NCBI RefSeq assembly: GCF_030144855.1
Contig: NC_082717.1
Coordinates: forward strand, 4,030,001 to 4,094,000
DNA: 64,000 nucleotides
DNA from: Hypanus sabinus
Taxonomy: Eukaryota
Reading direction: 5' to 3'
The notes beneath the pieces are model-generated. The model saw only the letters and a list, made by a program, of their open reading frames with translations. It had not been told where the DNA came from and did no database searches. A program made the position numbers and the translations under genes. Each line of letters opens with the position of its first letter. Position 1 is the first letter of the stretch. Positions 1-13,500 of this stretch are shown in pieces.

Positions 1-444
1 TGATCCCTTTACGTTTACTCCTGTATTCAACCCCGGGAGATCTCTGAACCATCAGGATGACTGCAGAAACACAAGAGGTCTAGTCACCACCACCTTTTCA
101 CAGACAATTGAACACAGATGAACACAGCACAGGGACAAGCCATGCTGTTCACTGTGATACCAAATTGAACAACTCTCATTCTGCTGAACTGCTTCTCTAC
201 CCTTTCCAAACCTCCACCTCCCTCCCGTAACGTGGTCACCAGAAATCCAACTGGCCATCAGCAGGGGAATGGAGGGTCACTGAGCCTGGGCAGAATAACA
301 GTCCATCATGGACTAGATGGGCCAAAGGGCCAGAGTACTCTGTGACTCCCTGGGGTCCTGCGATTGACTGTAAACGGCAGAGTTGCACAACTGAGCATTC
401 CAGTATCAAAATCGCATTGTTTAATTCATAAATACACACAGAAT

Positions 445-450
445 TTTATT
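445..450 (-). terminator. Candidate polyadenylation signal (AATAAA) of the receptor gene
   Basis: First AATAAA I found downstream of the stop on the minus strand (about 1 kb 3'UTR), followed by a GT/T-rich tract (tgtgtgtattt). Confidence 0.5.
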
Positions 451-1444
451 TCATTAAGGTAAGACACTTTGACAGTAATATGCATATTTGCAAGCAATTT
501 GTACACAGCTTTTCTTGCCAAAATTAATACGCTGCATTTTTATGGAATATAAATTGGGGGAGTAAACTCGTTATCTAAGAGCAGAATACATGCCTCATAT
601 TACAGCTCTAACTGAGCTGATGAAGTCTCACCCACTTTCTTGTAGCATTGACAAGGTTTCACATTAAAGGAAATTGCAATATGTTCTGTCTTCTGTGAAT
701 GCAACTTCCCAACTGACCTTACCCCCAAAATATGGGGTTTGTCTGTAATTAATTAACAAAATGTTCTGCAAAATTTGAAAATGATATCCATTTTCCTAGG
801 TTCGTATATGTCGTATATTTCAAATAGCCTTTGATAACCAAGTCCAGCTTCTCATCTTCACCTGTGGCTTAGATACTGAGCTCGGTGAAACCATTTCTAC
901 CAATAGGAGAAGGGGAAAGGGCAGTTTACTGCCTCCTTAAAACCAGTTGCTTCAGGAAAATGTCAGCAGTACAGTGTGAAGGAAGACTCTGATCTCAAAT
1001 CTCTGCTGACTCATGGAGAGGGCATCGGGTGTAACCCTGATGAAAATCCAGAGCTGGGGTCCCTAAGGCCACTACATTGAGCTCAAATCAGGAAGTGAAA
1101 CTAGGTTAAATGGGAATCTTGGTCAACATGGATTGGAGAGGCCGAATGGCCTGTTTCCTTGCTGTTTGACTGTGAATTTGTGAAGGGGATTAATCTCCTG
1201 CAGTTTCAGGGAAAGCCCCTGGGAATGGGAAGAAATGGGTGGGGAGAGATGGACAGACCAGGAAGTTGTAGACCCTGTGGAAAGCAGAAAGGGGTGGGGT
1301 GGGGAGGACGTGGTGATTGTAGGATCACGTTGTAGTTGGTGGAAGTAGAGAGGTGTGACATTCCGGAGTCCCGTGTGCTGATCTTTACCAGCAAGAAGCA
1401 CACACTTATTTAATGACCTGCTGCTGCTGATGAATTATTTTTAG

Positions 1445-1561
1445 TCACTGGGTGCGTTTGATGACGGCATATTCGGTTGTTTCCTCGGTGACTTGTATTT
1501 TTGGAGCTGTCTTCTGCCGTTGGACCTGAATATCAGCGTAAAGTATCACTGATTGCTCGGA
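1445..1561 (-). CDS. Exon 8, terminal coding exon with ITIM (ILYADI) and ITSM (TEYAVI)
   Basis: Acceptor gtttctctgttccag|TCC, phase 0, 117 nt to TGA at 1447-1445; [38 protein letters not shown]. Confidence 0.88.
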   Translation of the reverse strand, partial: SEQSVILYADIQVQRQKTAPKIQVTEETTEYAVIKRTQ

Positions 1562-4500
1562 CTGGAACAGAGAAACACAGACGTTTACAGTACTGAAACA
1601 AAACCCCCCCGGTTTATATCTGACCCATCCCACAGGACATTGCTGCATTTGGCTACTAAAGACACGGTCTCTGTTGTAACCTCAGGGATCTTAGACACCA
1701 GAGATACTGACGATGCAATTAGTTTGAAGCAACACACAGAAAATGCAGACAAAGTTGAGGATCCCCACCACCATCCCATAATCACTATATCCCACTAGGA
1801 GGATCTGTTATTCGTGTATTGTTGATAACATTTGGTTTATGTGCTGTGTGGTGGATGTATTGTGGGTGACAGTGGTCCAGAAGAACAGTGTTTCGTCTGT
1901 TTGTATCCAGGTATAGTCAGATGACCATAAACTTGAACTTGAACTGAGTTCTGTTGAACGTTGTGGGCTGGTCAGGTTGGTGCCAAATATGTTGTGACAC
2001 TTGCAGGCTGCCCCAGCACATCCTTGGGTGTGTTGGTTGTTAATGTATGATTTGATATACATTGATAAATAAATCTGAATGACATTTGCTAAATGTTTCC
2101 CTGCAAGGTTATGCCTCAGAATCGTTTGGCTCAGAGCAGTTTACATGTGGAGTTTTTACAAAATTGAAATACAGTACAGAATAGGCCCCTCGACCGTGAC
2201 ACTCAGCAACCCACCTATTTAACTCCAGCCTATCACAGGACAGGGGGAAATCAGAGTAGCCCGAGGAAACCCACACGGTCACAGGCAGAACACTCAGACT
2301 CCTGAAGTGGTGGGAATTGAACCCGTGTTTCTTGTACTGTAAGATGTTTTGTTAACCACAGAAAGAGATGGACTCTTGATAAGCAAAGGGAAGAAAAGTT
2401 ATTGGAGGAGATAGGATCATGGAGTTGCAGTTACAATTGAACCACCGTGACCTTAATAAACAACAGGGCAGGTCTGAGGGTAAATTGTTAAATTGGTTTA
2501 TCATTGCCAGATGTACTGAGGTCGAGTGAAGAACATACACACTGTTCACACAGATCAAATCATTTCCATAGTGCACTGAGGTCGGACAAAATAAACCAAT
2601 AACAGAGGGCAGAATAAAGTGTGACGGTCACAGAGAGAGTGCAGTGCAGACAGACAATAGGGTAGAAGGTCATAACGAGGTAAATTGTGAGTCAAGGGTC
2701 TTATCCTACAGGGGATCCTTTCAAGATTCAAAATTGTTCAACATCATTTCCATTTCACAAGTGTGAAGCAGAACAAAATAATTGTTACTCTGGATCTGAT
2801 GCAGCACAAAAGCACAAGGAAATAAAGAACACAACAATAAAAATATACAATAAATATAAACACTTATATTAATAGCTTATATACATAGATTGATCGTATG
2901 TCCATAAAGTGACATTTGGCACAGGACTGTCTGTACATAAGGTGACTGACAGGAAATGATAATTAGTGGTGTTTGGGATGTGGAGGGGTGGTTGGTGGGT
3001 GGAGGTGTTGATCAGTCTTTCTGCTTGTGTGAAGTATCTATCTTTGGATCTGGTGGTCCTGGTGTGGATGTTACATAGCATGGTCCCTGATGGGTGTGGG
3101 ACAAACAGTCCATGAGCAGGGTGGGAGGGATCCTTCATGATGTAACTGGCCCTGTTGCAGCACCTCTCTGTACCTGTGTCCTTGATGGAGGGCAGCTGGT
3201 GCTGGTGATGTGTTGGACAGTTTGGACTGCCTGTTGTAGATCTTTCCTGTCCACAGCAGTGCAGTTTCTGTACCGTGCAGTGATGCAGTTTGTTAGGATG
3301 CCCCCTACTGTACGTCTGTAGAATGACATGAGTATGGATGTGCAAAGTCCAGCTCTCTTCAGCCTCCTCAGAAAGTAGAGGTGAAATAGACGAGTAGAGG
3401 AGAGTAGAAATAGTCTTATAACAGTGGGGCAGAAGGGTCTGTTCCTACTGCTGATTCATATTAGTGTCTAAATAAAAGGTTAAAGAGGAAGTAATGGTGT
3501 TTATCTAACAGACTTTCAATACTTGATTTATTAGGAAGTAAAAGTGTTCATGGAAAACATTCGTCAGTGTTGTATTGAAGAAGTTTACATACCACAGTAA
3601 CATTTGTGGCTGCCTGGTTATCCACCTCGGTTTCAGCTGAAATAAAATGAGAGTTTGTTTGAGAACTCACAAGGGAAAATCTTACTTGACAAATCTGTTG
3701 AAATTCTTTGAAGAAATAGCAAGTAGGATAGAAAAATATGTGGTAGATGCTGTGTACTTTGATTTTCAGAAGGCCTTTGACATGGTGCCACAAATGAGGG
3801 TGCTTAACAAGCTGTGAGCCCAAGGGATTACAGAAAATATTCTTGCATGGATAAAACAATGGCTGATTGGCAGAGGCAAAGAGTGGGAATAAAGGGAGCC
3901 TTTTCTGATTGGCTGCTGATAACCCGTGGTGTTCCACAGGGGTCTGTGTTGGGACCGATTTGTTTTCTGTTACATATCAATGATTTGGATGATGGAATTG
4001 ATGGCTTTCTTGTAACGTTGGCAGGTGAAACAAAGACAGGTGGAAAGGTAGGTCATTTTGAAGAAGTAGAGAGAATACAGTAGGACTTTGACAGATTGGG
4101 AAAATGGGCAAAGAAATGGCAGATGGAATAAAGTGCTGGGAGTGTATGGTCACGCACTTTGGTAGAAGGAATTAAAGGGTTGAATATTTTCTAAATGGAG
4201 AGAAAATACCAAAATCTGAGCTGTAAAAGGACTTGGGAGTTCTTGTGCAGGATTCCCTAAAGGTTAATTTGCAGGTTGAGTCAGTGGTGAGGAAGGCAAA
4301 TGCAATGTTAGCATTCATTTCCAGAGGACTGGAATATAAAAGTAAAGCTGCAGAGTTGAAACTTTATAAAACACTTAAGAGTATTGTGAGCAGGTTTGGG
4401 CCCGTCATCTTAGAAAGAATGTTCTGAAACTAGAGAAGGTTCAAATGTGGTTCGCAAAAATAATCCAGGATTAAACAGCTTGTTATATGAAGACTGCTTG

Positions 4501-7500
4501 ATGGTTTTGGGCATGTATTCACTGGAATTCAGAAGAGTGAGGGGTAACTTAAGTGAAACCAGTAGAATTGCGAAAGGCCTTGATAGAGCGGATGTAGAGA
4601 GGATATTTCCTATGGTAGGAATGTCTAAGACTAGAGGGCACAGCCTCAGAATAACAGAGATGAGGAAGAGTTTCTTCAGCTTGAGAGTTTTGAATCTGTG
4701 GAATTCATTGCCACAGGCAGCTGTAGAGGCTAAATCTTTATGTATATTTCAGGCAGAGGATGATAGATTATTGATTGGTCAGGGTGTGAAGGGATACAGG
4801 GAGAAGGGAGCAAATTGGGACTGAGAGAAAAAATGAATCAGCCATGATGAAATGGTGGAGCAAACTAAATGGACCAAATGGCCTAATTCTTTTCCGATAT
4901 CTTAGGGTCTTTTGGTCTTATGGACTCTTATCTTGTTTAGTTTGTGTGCAGCACCTTGCAGGCTAATACTTCAGTGCAAAGCTGCTTTCAGTTGGCTTCT
5001 CCATAAGCTTTTCAATTGGGAGTAAAGGATTAATCAAAGAACTAACTGTATGTCCTTTAGTTTGCCATGATCACAGGTGTGAGTTCAACCAAGGTCAAAT
5101 GGATGAGAATTTGAAAATCTTATTTAACTTTATACAAGACCAAAACATATGAGTTAAGGTAGCCACCTCAGCATTACGTCCATCACAGGTGGGGTTTATA
5201 TTAGAAAAAATATATGCTAGTTTATCTTTTGACATATGCGCCCTGTGCACTACCTTGAACTGAATCAAGGAGTGACAGGCACAGGTAGATGAATTGTTAA
5301 CTAAATGATAAATTTTATTCCATTGATCATCTGCAAGTGACTCCCGAACTTCCACATCCCAAGCACGTTTAACCTTATCATTAGACATTGTTCATAAATT
5401 CATAAGCTGTTTATATACAATTGCTATCAATCCTTTTTGAAATGTTTCAAACTGAAAAATAACAGCTATCATAATTGGTAAATGAGCAAACGGATAATTC
5501 GGTAATAAATCTTGTAGAAAATTCCTAACTTGTAAATATCTAAAAATTGTGCATTAGATATATAATTTTTGGAGAGATGTTTTTAGAATGTTATCCAAAG
5601 TCATAGGTTTGGACCTACAACCTAATTCACTTACGGCAATCTTTGGGATCACTCCGAAGGAAGCAGGAAATGTTCCGCTCAACGGATTATAGCTTTTCCA
5701 GCTTTATTGGCTAGGAGAGATATTTCGTTGGATCGGGAAGATTCTCATCCACCTAATGTGTTTTTTTGGCTCTCCTCCATTATGTTGTGTTTAAGTTTGG
5801 AGAAAATCAGAAGTCAAACGTTTGATACATCTTTTAAATTTCAGCAAACCTGGTGACCTTTCATTCAATATTGTCATAAGATTTAAATTTTCTTTTTTTA
5901 TTAAAGGTAATCTTTTCTCTTCTTCTCCGTGATGTTTCCGATTTGACCACGAGGTTTTTTTTTTCCTTTTTTATAATTATATCGTCAAATGGACTGCCCA
6001 GTCTTCTTTCTTTTTCTTTTTGTTTGTTTTAGGTTAGTTTAGTGGGGTTTTTTTTCTTCTCAACAATAAAAGTTTTGAGTCTTTTTTATGAACTGTTAAG
6101 AGGAGTTGTGGTTCCTTTTATATGTTAGCTCAATACTGTACATGATTTTGACAGTCTATATTCCTTTCTTTGTACTTTTATTTAAATATGTATTTGATAT
6201 AACTTCTCTTCTGTATTCATTATATTTTAAATCAATTAAAAATATTGAAAATGAGAATTTGAAGATCTTCACTCATGGATCCTTTTAGAATGGAGAGAAA
6301 GAGATATTTCTTTAGCCAGAGAGTGGTGAATCTGTGGAATTAGTTGCTACAGATGGCTGTGGATGCCGTGTTACATACATTCATAGCAGAGATCGATAGA
6401 TTCTTGATTATTCATCGTATGCCAAAGAGTGCTGAATGGGTGTAATTTTTTTGCCACATGTTGCTGTGGAGGCCAAGTCAGGACACTGGGGATGAGAGGA
6501 AAATTGGATCAGCTATGATGAAGTGGCAGAGCAGACGGGACAGCTGATGGCCAAGTAATCTTGTTGTATGTCCATTGGGAGCCTGAATCACCCCAACCAC
6601 AAACTGTTCCAGCTGCTACCATCTGGGAAATAGCACTGCAGAGTAAAAGCCAGGACCAACAGGCTCCGGGACAGCTTTTCCTGCCAGGCTATCAGACTGA
6701 TTAATTCATGCTGATACAACTGTATTTCTATGCTATATTGACTGTCCTGTTGTACCTATTATTTATTACAAATGACTATAAATTACACATTGCACATTGA
6801 GATGAAGATGTAGTATAAAGATTTTTACTTCTCATGTATATGAAGGATAGAAAAAATAAAGTCAATTCACTAATCATGCAACTAATCTTGTTTCAGATAA
6901 TTTTAATCTATATTAATTTTTCACTATCATAGAGGGATGCCCCTTTAGAACAGGGATGAGGAGGTGTTTCTCAAATCAGAGAGTGGTGAATCTGTGAAAT
7001 TCTTTGCCACAGGCAGCTGTGGAAGCCAAGTCTTTACTACATTTAAGGAAAAGGTTAATAGATCCTTGATTAGTCAGGACATGTCTGCTCCTGTATCTTA
7101 TGATCTTATGTTGTTAGTCTTGGTAAAATTCTGCTATTAATTTTGCATTAATGTTAACAAACTTTAGAGAATGTGCATGAATTGAGATTTTTTTAAAGTT
7201 TGCTCAAGACTGGTGATGTGTCAGTTAGTGTCAGTGCCCTGTAGCAAGCTGTCCTCTGATTTGATGCAGATGCTGAGTGCTTAATTTGGATTGTGTGGAT
7301 ACAGGATTTGATTGGAATTGAGACCCTAATAGAGTAGAGATCTTCGCTCCTTTTCTATCTCTTGGTATGGTCTGACTGTCATTAATTTAGGACAAAGTTC
7401 TGATGAATTTCCTTTCATCTGGCTTGTGAATCTTTATCCTTCTCTATCTCAGAGGATGAGGAATGTTTATTTGTCTGCATACATTAAAGAGAAGTGAAAA

Positions 7501-10500
7501 GGCAGGACTGGAGTTGCTGTTGAGGATGATGAAACAATTGATGACTCCCTTGTCCTGCATTGGGAATCATTGTTGAACATAACTATCATGTGAAGTAATT
7601 CCCTGTATGAGCACTGAAATGAACTTTTTACCTGTAACTGTGGCATACACTGTGTTCTGATCTTCAGTAGAGCACCTGGGGAAATGGTGAAGAAGATAAT
7701 GTTAGTGAATTAGTTATATGATAGATGTTAATGTCTAAAAACAACTTAACAAATTTATGAGAGTTTAAAGTAGTCAGATTATCTTTTCCGGTATAATGAA
7801 GTTTTGTGAAGGTAACAGTTGTCTGTTTCATATCGGTTTCAGTACTCCTGATAGAATTGGATTATTCTCATCCTCAATACACGACACAGCAGAGTTGCCA
7901 GGATTAAGATAGGAATGGACTAGATGACTTCAATCACACTGGATACTGCAGGTGTTGGAAATCCAAAGTAATACACACAAAATGCTGGAGGAACTCAGAA
8001 GGTCAGAAAGCATCCATGGAGAGGAATAAACCATTGACATTTCAGGATGAGACTCTTCATCAGGACTGGAAAGGAAGGAGGAAGATGCCAGAATAAGAAG
8101 GTGGAGAGCGGGGAAGGAGGACAAAGCAGAAAGTGGTTTCCACATCCAGTTTCACTTTTGCAGATGAAAGTATCCAGGATCTGCTAATGTACAAATTGGA
8201 GCTCACATTCAATTGGACAGAGTCATACTGTACAGAAACAGGTCCTTCAGCCCACCCTGTACATACTGGCCCATCTCTACACTAATTCCATTTACCAGCA
8301 CCTTGCTGATGAGAGCAATTCAAACACTCATTGAGTTACTTCTCAACAGTAGCGAGGTGGTTCGTACCAGTGATCTCAGTTCAGTTCCTGCCACTGTCCG
8401 TAAGGAGTTTGCACGTTCTGCACATAACTTTGTGGGATTCTGCTGGATGCTCCAGTTTCCTCCCACAGTCCAAAGACGTACTGGCTGGTTGGTTAATTGG
8501 TCATTGTACGTTGTCCCATGATTAGGCGAGGTTTAAGTTGGGGGATTGCAGGGTGGTTTGGCTCAAAGGGCTGGAAGGACTGACTCCAGGCTCGATCTCA
8601 ATAAGTAAGTAAAGAGTCTATCTGGGGTGCAACCCATTGATGCAATCATGAAGACATACCAAGCGTTCAACTTCAATAGGAGTTTGAGGAGATTTGATAT
8701 GTCACCAAATCAGATGGACGGTGGAGCGCATTCTAACTAGCTGCAGAACGGCCTCAGAGAGTCTCCGATACAAAGATTGCAAGAGGCTGCAGGGGGCAGC
8801 TGGGGAACAGAACCGTCCCCGTCATCGAGGACTATTAAAGAGGCAGAAACCTCCAGAAGGTTTGTGAAATCCATCATTCAGGACCCTCACCATCCAGACA
8901 TCCCCCGGCTTGTGAAATCCATCATTCAGGACCCTCACCATCCAGACATCCCCCGGCTTGTGAAATCCATCATTCAGGACCCTCATCATCCAGACATCCC
9001 CCTTGTGAAATCCATCATTCAGGACCCTCACCATCCAGACATCCCCTGGCTTGTGAAATCCATCATTCAGGACCCTCACCATCCAGACATCCCCCGGTTT
9101 GTGAAATCCATCATTCAGGACCCTCACCATCCAGACATCCCCCGGCTTGTGAAATCCATCATTCAGGACCCTCATCATCCAGACATCCCCCGGCTTGTGA
9201 AATCCATCATTCAGGACCCTCACCATCCAGACATCCCCCGGCTTGTGAAATCCATCATTCAGGACCCTCACCATCCAGACATCCCCCGGCTTGTGAAATC
9301 CATCATTCAGGACCCTCACCATCCAGACATCCCCCGGCTTGTGAAATCCATCATTCAGGACCCTCACCATCCAGACATCCCCCGGTTTGTGAAATCCATC
9401 ATTCAGGACCCTCACCATCCAGACATCCCCCTTGTGAAATCCATCATTCAGGACCCTCACCATCCAGACATCCCCCGGCTTGTGAAATCCATCATTCAGG
9501 ACCCTCACCATCCAGACATCCCCCGGCTTGTGAAATCCATCATTCAGGACCCTCACCATCCAGACATCCCCCAACTTGTGAAATCCATCATTCAGGACCC
9601 TCACCATCCAGACATCCCCCGGCTTGTGAAATCCATCATTCAGGACCCTCATCATCCAGACATCCCCCGGCTTGTGAAATCCATCATTCAGGACCCCCAC
9701 CACCCAGACATCCCCCGGCTTGTGAAATCCATCATTCAGGACCCTCACCATCCAGACATCCCCCGGCTTGTGAAATCCATCATTCAGGACCCTCACCATC
9801 CAGACATCTCCCGGCTTGTGAAATCCATCATTCAGGACCCTCACCATCCAGATATCCTCCAGCTTGTGAAATCCATCATTCAGGACCCTCACCATCCAGA
9901 CATCCTCCAGCTTGTGAAATCCATGATTCAGGACCCTCACCATCCAGACATCCCTCGGCTTGTGAAATCCATCATTCAGGACCCTCACCATCCAGACATC
10001 CCCCGGCTTGTGAAATCCATCATTCAGGACCCTCACCATCCAGACATCCCCCCGGCTTGTGAAATCCATCATTCAGGACCCTCACCATCCAGACATCCCC
10101 CGGCTTGTGAAATCCATCATTCAGGACCCTCACCATCCAGACATCCCCCGGCTTGTGAAATCCATCATTCAGGACCCTCACCATCCAGACATCCCCCCGG
10201 CTTGTGAAATCCATCATTCAGGACCCTCACCATCCAGACATCCCCCAGCTTGTGAAATCCATCATTCAGGACCCTCACCATCCAGACATCTCTCTGCTTC
10301 TTCCAACTTCCAGAACGAATCAGTTTTAGGTATAACATCACTGGCATATGTCATGGAATTTGGTGTTTTGTGGCAGCAGTACATTGTAACACATAAAAAT
10401 AACAAACTATAAGTTTCAGTAAGTGTGTAAATATACATAGAAATGTGTGTATGTGTAAAATTAAATAAATAGTGCAAAAAGAGAAGCTAAAAAGTGGTGA

Positions 10501-13500
10501 GGTGGTGTTCATGTGTTCACTGTCCATTCAGAAATCTGATGGTGGAGGAGAAGAAGCTGTTCCTGAAACGTTGAGTCTGTCTTCGGGCTCTTGTACCACG
10601 GCCTGTAATGAGCTCTTCAGGCCTGTGTGGGGCGCTGGAGAGCACTGGGCTTTGAGGTTTCCCAAGCACCTGAATTAGTTCGTTGTTGTTTAATGAGAAT
10701 TACCAATTACTTACAGTTGTTTGTTTTTCTCGAGCTACTCACACTTTGTCATACATTCTCCTGTTGCTGTCTGTTTAAGCTTGTTAAGTTTATTTTGATC
10801 AGCTCAGGGATTCTGCATTACTTGTATTATTTAAGTGGATGTTCTATTAGTGCTGATTGCTGGGTCCTGGTTTCGAGAATGTTGCTTCTCACTGTGTTGC
10901 TCGACCGAGCCACCGATGTTCTTTTGGAATTATTATGAATAAACTCTGGTCACCGTCCCTACATCAGTGTCCGTCTTTCCTCTGCACTTGGGTTCTGATC
11001 TTGCCAGTGAACACTGTGACATCTCCTTGACAGTAGCAATGAAAAGTGGGCAAGTCCTGGGTGATGAGGGTCCTTAGTGTCAGTGCCAGTTTTCAGAAAA
11101 GTCATTTCTTGAAGGTGTCCTGGATACTGGAGAGGTTGTGCCCATGATGGAGCTGGCTGAGACCATGAGCCTGAAGATCCACACACGATTCAGAAATGGT
11201 TTCTAAAGTCTGCCATCAGATTTCTGAATGGCCATACACTCACGGAGAAGTACAGCTCGTAAACAGGCCCTTTGGCCCATCTAGTCCAAGCCAAAAATAT
11301 TTAAATTGCCTACTCCCACTGAACTGCACTGGGACCATAGCCCTCCATACCCTGACCATCCATGTACCTATCCAAACTTCTCTTAAACATTGAAATTGAG
11401 TGTACATGTACCACTTGTTTTCACTGATCATTCCACACTCTCACCACCCTTTCAGTGAAGAAGTTACCCCTCATGTTCCCCTTAAACATCACACCTTTCA
11501 CACTAAACCCATGGCCTCTGGTTGTAGTCCCACCCAAACTCAGTGGAAAAGGGTAAATGCAAGCTGTCTTTTCGATACCCTTCATAATTTTGAATACCTT
11601 TATCAAATCTTTCTCAATCTTCTCTATTCTAAAGAATATATCCTAACCTATTCAATCTTTCCTTATAACTCAGGTTCTCCAGACTTGGCAACATCCTTGT
11701 AAATTTCTCTGCATTCCTTCAACCTTGTTTACATCCTTCCTTCCTTCCTGTAAGTAGGTAATTAAAACTGCACACAATACTTCAAATTAAGACTTGCCAA
11801 CGTCTTAACCTCAATACAACATCCAATCTGCTGTACTCAATACATTGATTTATGAAGGCCAATGTACCAGAAGCTTCTTTGCGATCCTATCCACCTGTGA
11901 TGTCACTTTCAATAAATACAGGCATCTGTTAGTCTTGCGAGACCATGGATTTGCACCTTGAAAAGTTTCCAGGGTGCAGGCCTAGGCAGGGTTTTATGGG
12001 AGACCAGCAGTTGCCCATGCTGCAAGTCTCCCCTCTCCAAGCCACTGATGTTGTCCAAGGGAAGGGCAAGGGCTGATACAGCTTGGCACCGGTGTCGTTG
12101 CAGAGCAATGTGTTGTTAAGTGCCTTGCTCAAGGACACAACATGCTGCCTTAGCTGAGTCTTCAACTAGTGACCTTCAGATCACTAGTATTCCCAGGGCC
12201 ATTATTCCTGCTGTTCTATATCACTTTTCAGTGCCCTATCATTAACTGTGTACGATCTACCCTGGTTGATCCTACCAAAGTGCAAAACCTCGCACATGTC
12301 TGCCTTAAATTCCATCTGCCATTTTTCAGCCAATTTTTCCAGCAGACGCAGATCCTTCCTCAGTGTCCATGTGGAAGAATTCAAGACTGTTTGGGGATAT
12401 GTAGGGGTTAATCAAATCGCTTGTGAATGCTCTTAGAATTTAGCTAAAAGTCTTTGCAAATCTTAGAATTTAGCTAATGTCCTTCCTAAAGTCTAAATAG
12501 AAACATTGTGGCACCGCATTTACGTCATGCTCTTATTTGTTGAAAATTAGTCCGTAGTTGCAAGTCACAACCTTTGTCGAAATCTGGTGCTAGGTTCACA
12601 GTCAAGCAATGTTACTTTTTAGTGTTTTTAGTCACGTACGCTGTGCCTATATAATGAAGAGGGTTTGCAAGATGAGCAGAACCTCTGAACACTGCTTTTA
12701 GGAAAAGAGGCTGTCCATGATATTATGTATAAATAAAGTCCTTTAGTCTGAAACAATTCTCTGAGTCGGTCTGATCTATTCTGTCTGCTGCTCCTGAGAT
12801 TTCTGCAACAGTCCACTCCACCCCCAATCTTGGTGTCATCTGCAAACTAGTTGATCAAGTTAATCACCCGATCATCCAGATCATTGATGTACATGACAAA
12901 CAAAGGACTGAGCACCGATCCTTGCGGCATTCAATTCGTCCCAGGTCTTCAGTCAGAGGGGCAGCCATCTACTACTATGTTCTGGCTTCACGCAGGAAGC
13001 CGATGGCTAATCCAATTTACTAGCTCATGCTGAATGCCCCAAGGATCTGAACCTTCTTGATCAGCCTCCCATGTGGGACCTTGTCAAATGCCTTCCTAAG
13101 GTCCATGTAGACAGCACCCACAGCCTTGCCTTCATCCACCTTCCTGGTAACTTCCTTGAAAATGTCTATAAGATTGGTTAGACATGACCTACCATGCTGC
13201 CTATCCTTAGTGAGTCCATGTCTATCCGAATACTTATACATCTAGTCCCTTAGAATACCTTCAATGGATATTGGATAAAATTGGATAGGTATATGGACTG
13301 GAAAGGAATGGAGGGTTATGGGCTGAGTGCAGGTCAGTGGGACTAGGTGAGAGTAAGTGTTCGGCATGGACTAGAAGGGCCGAGGTGGGCTGTTTCCGTG
13401 CTGTAATTGTTATTTGGTTATTTAAGATCTCTCCCATTTGTTTTGGCTCCACAGATGGAGTACCGTTCTGGTCTTCCAGAGGACCAAGTCTGTCCCTTGC

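Noticed and set aside
1681-1706. Alternative phase 1-0 cytoplasmic exon candidate (VSLVSKIPE)
   Set aside because: Weak donor (gttaca); exon 3636-3593 fits the same phases with much better splice sites.
7417-7474. Acceptor downstream of exon 6 that could give a truncated tail (..TVYATVTDK*)
   Set aside because: Only a generic acceptor with no independent support; RNA data would be needed.
8777-10412. 476-aa and 416-aa repeat ORFs on both strands; also a superficial CRISPR-like periodicity
   Set aside because: This follows from a stop-free 48-bp unit (a multiple of 3). Units are contiguous with no unique spacers, the context is eukaryotic, and there is no splice or promoter support.
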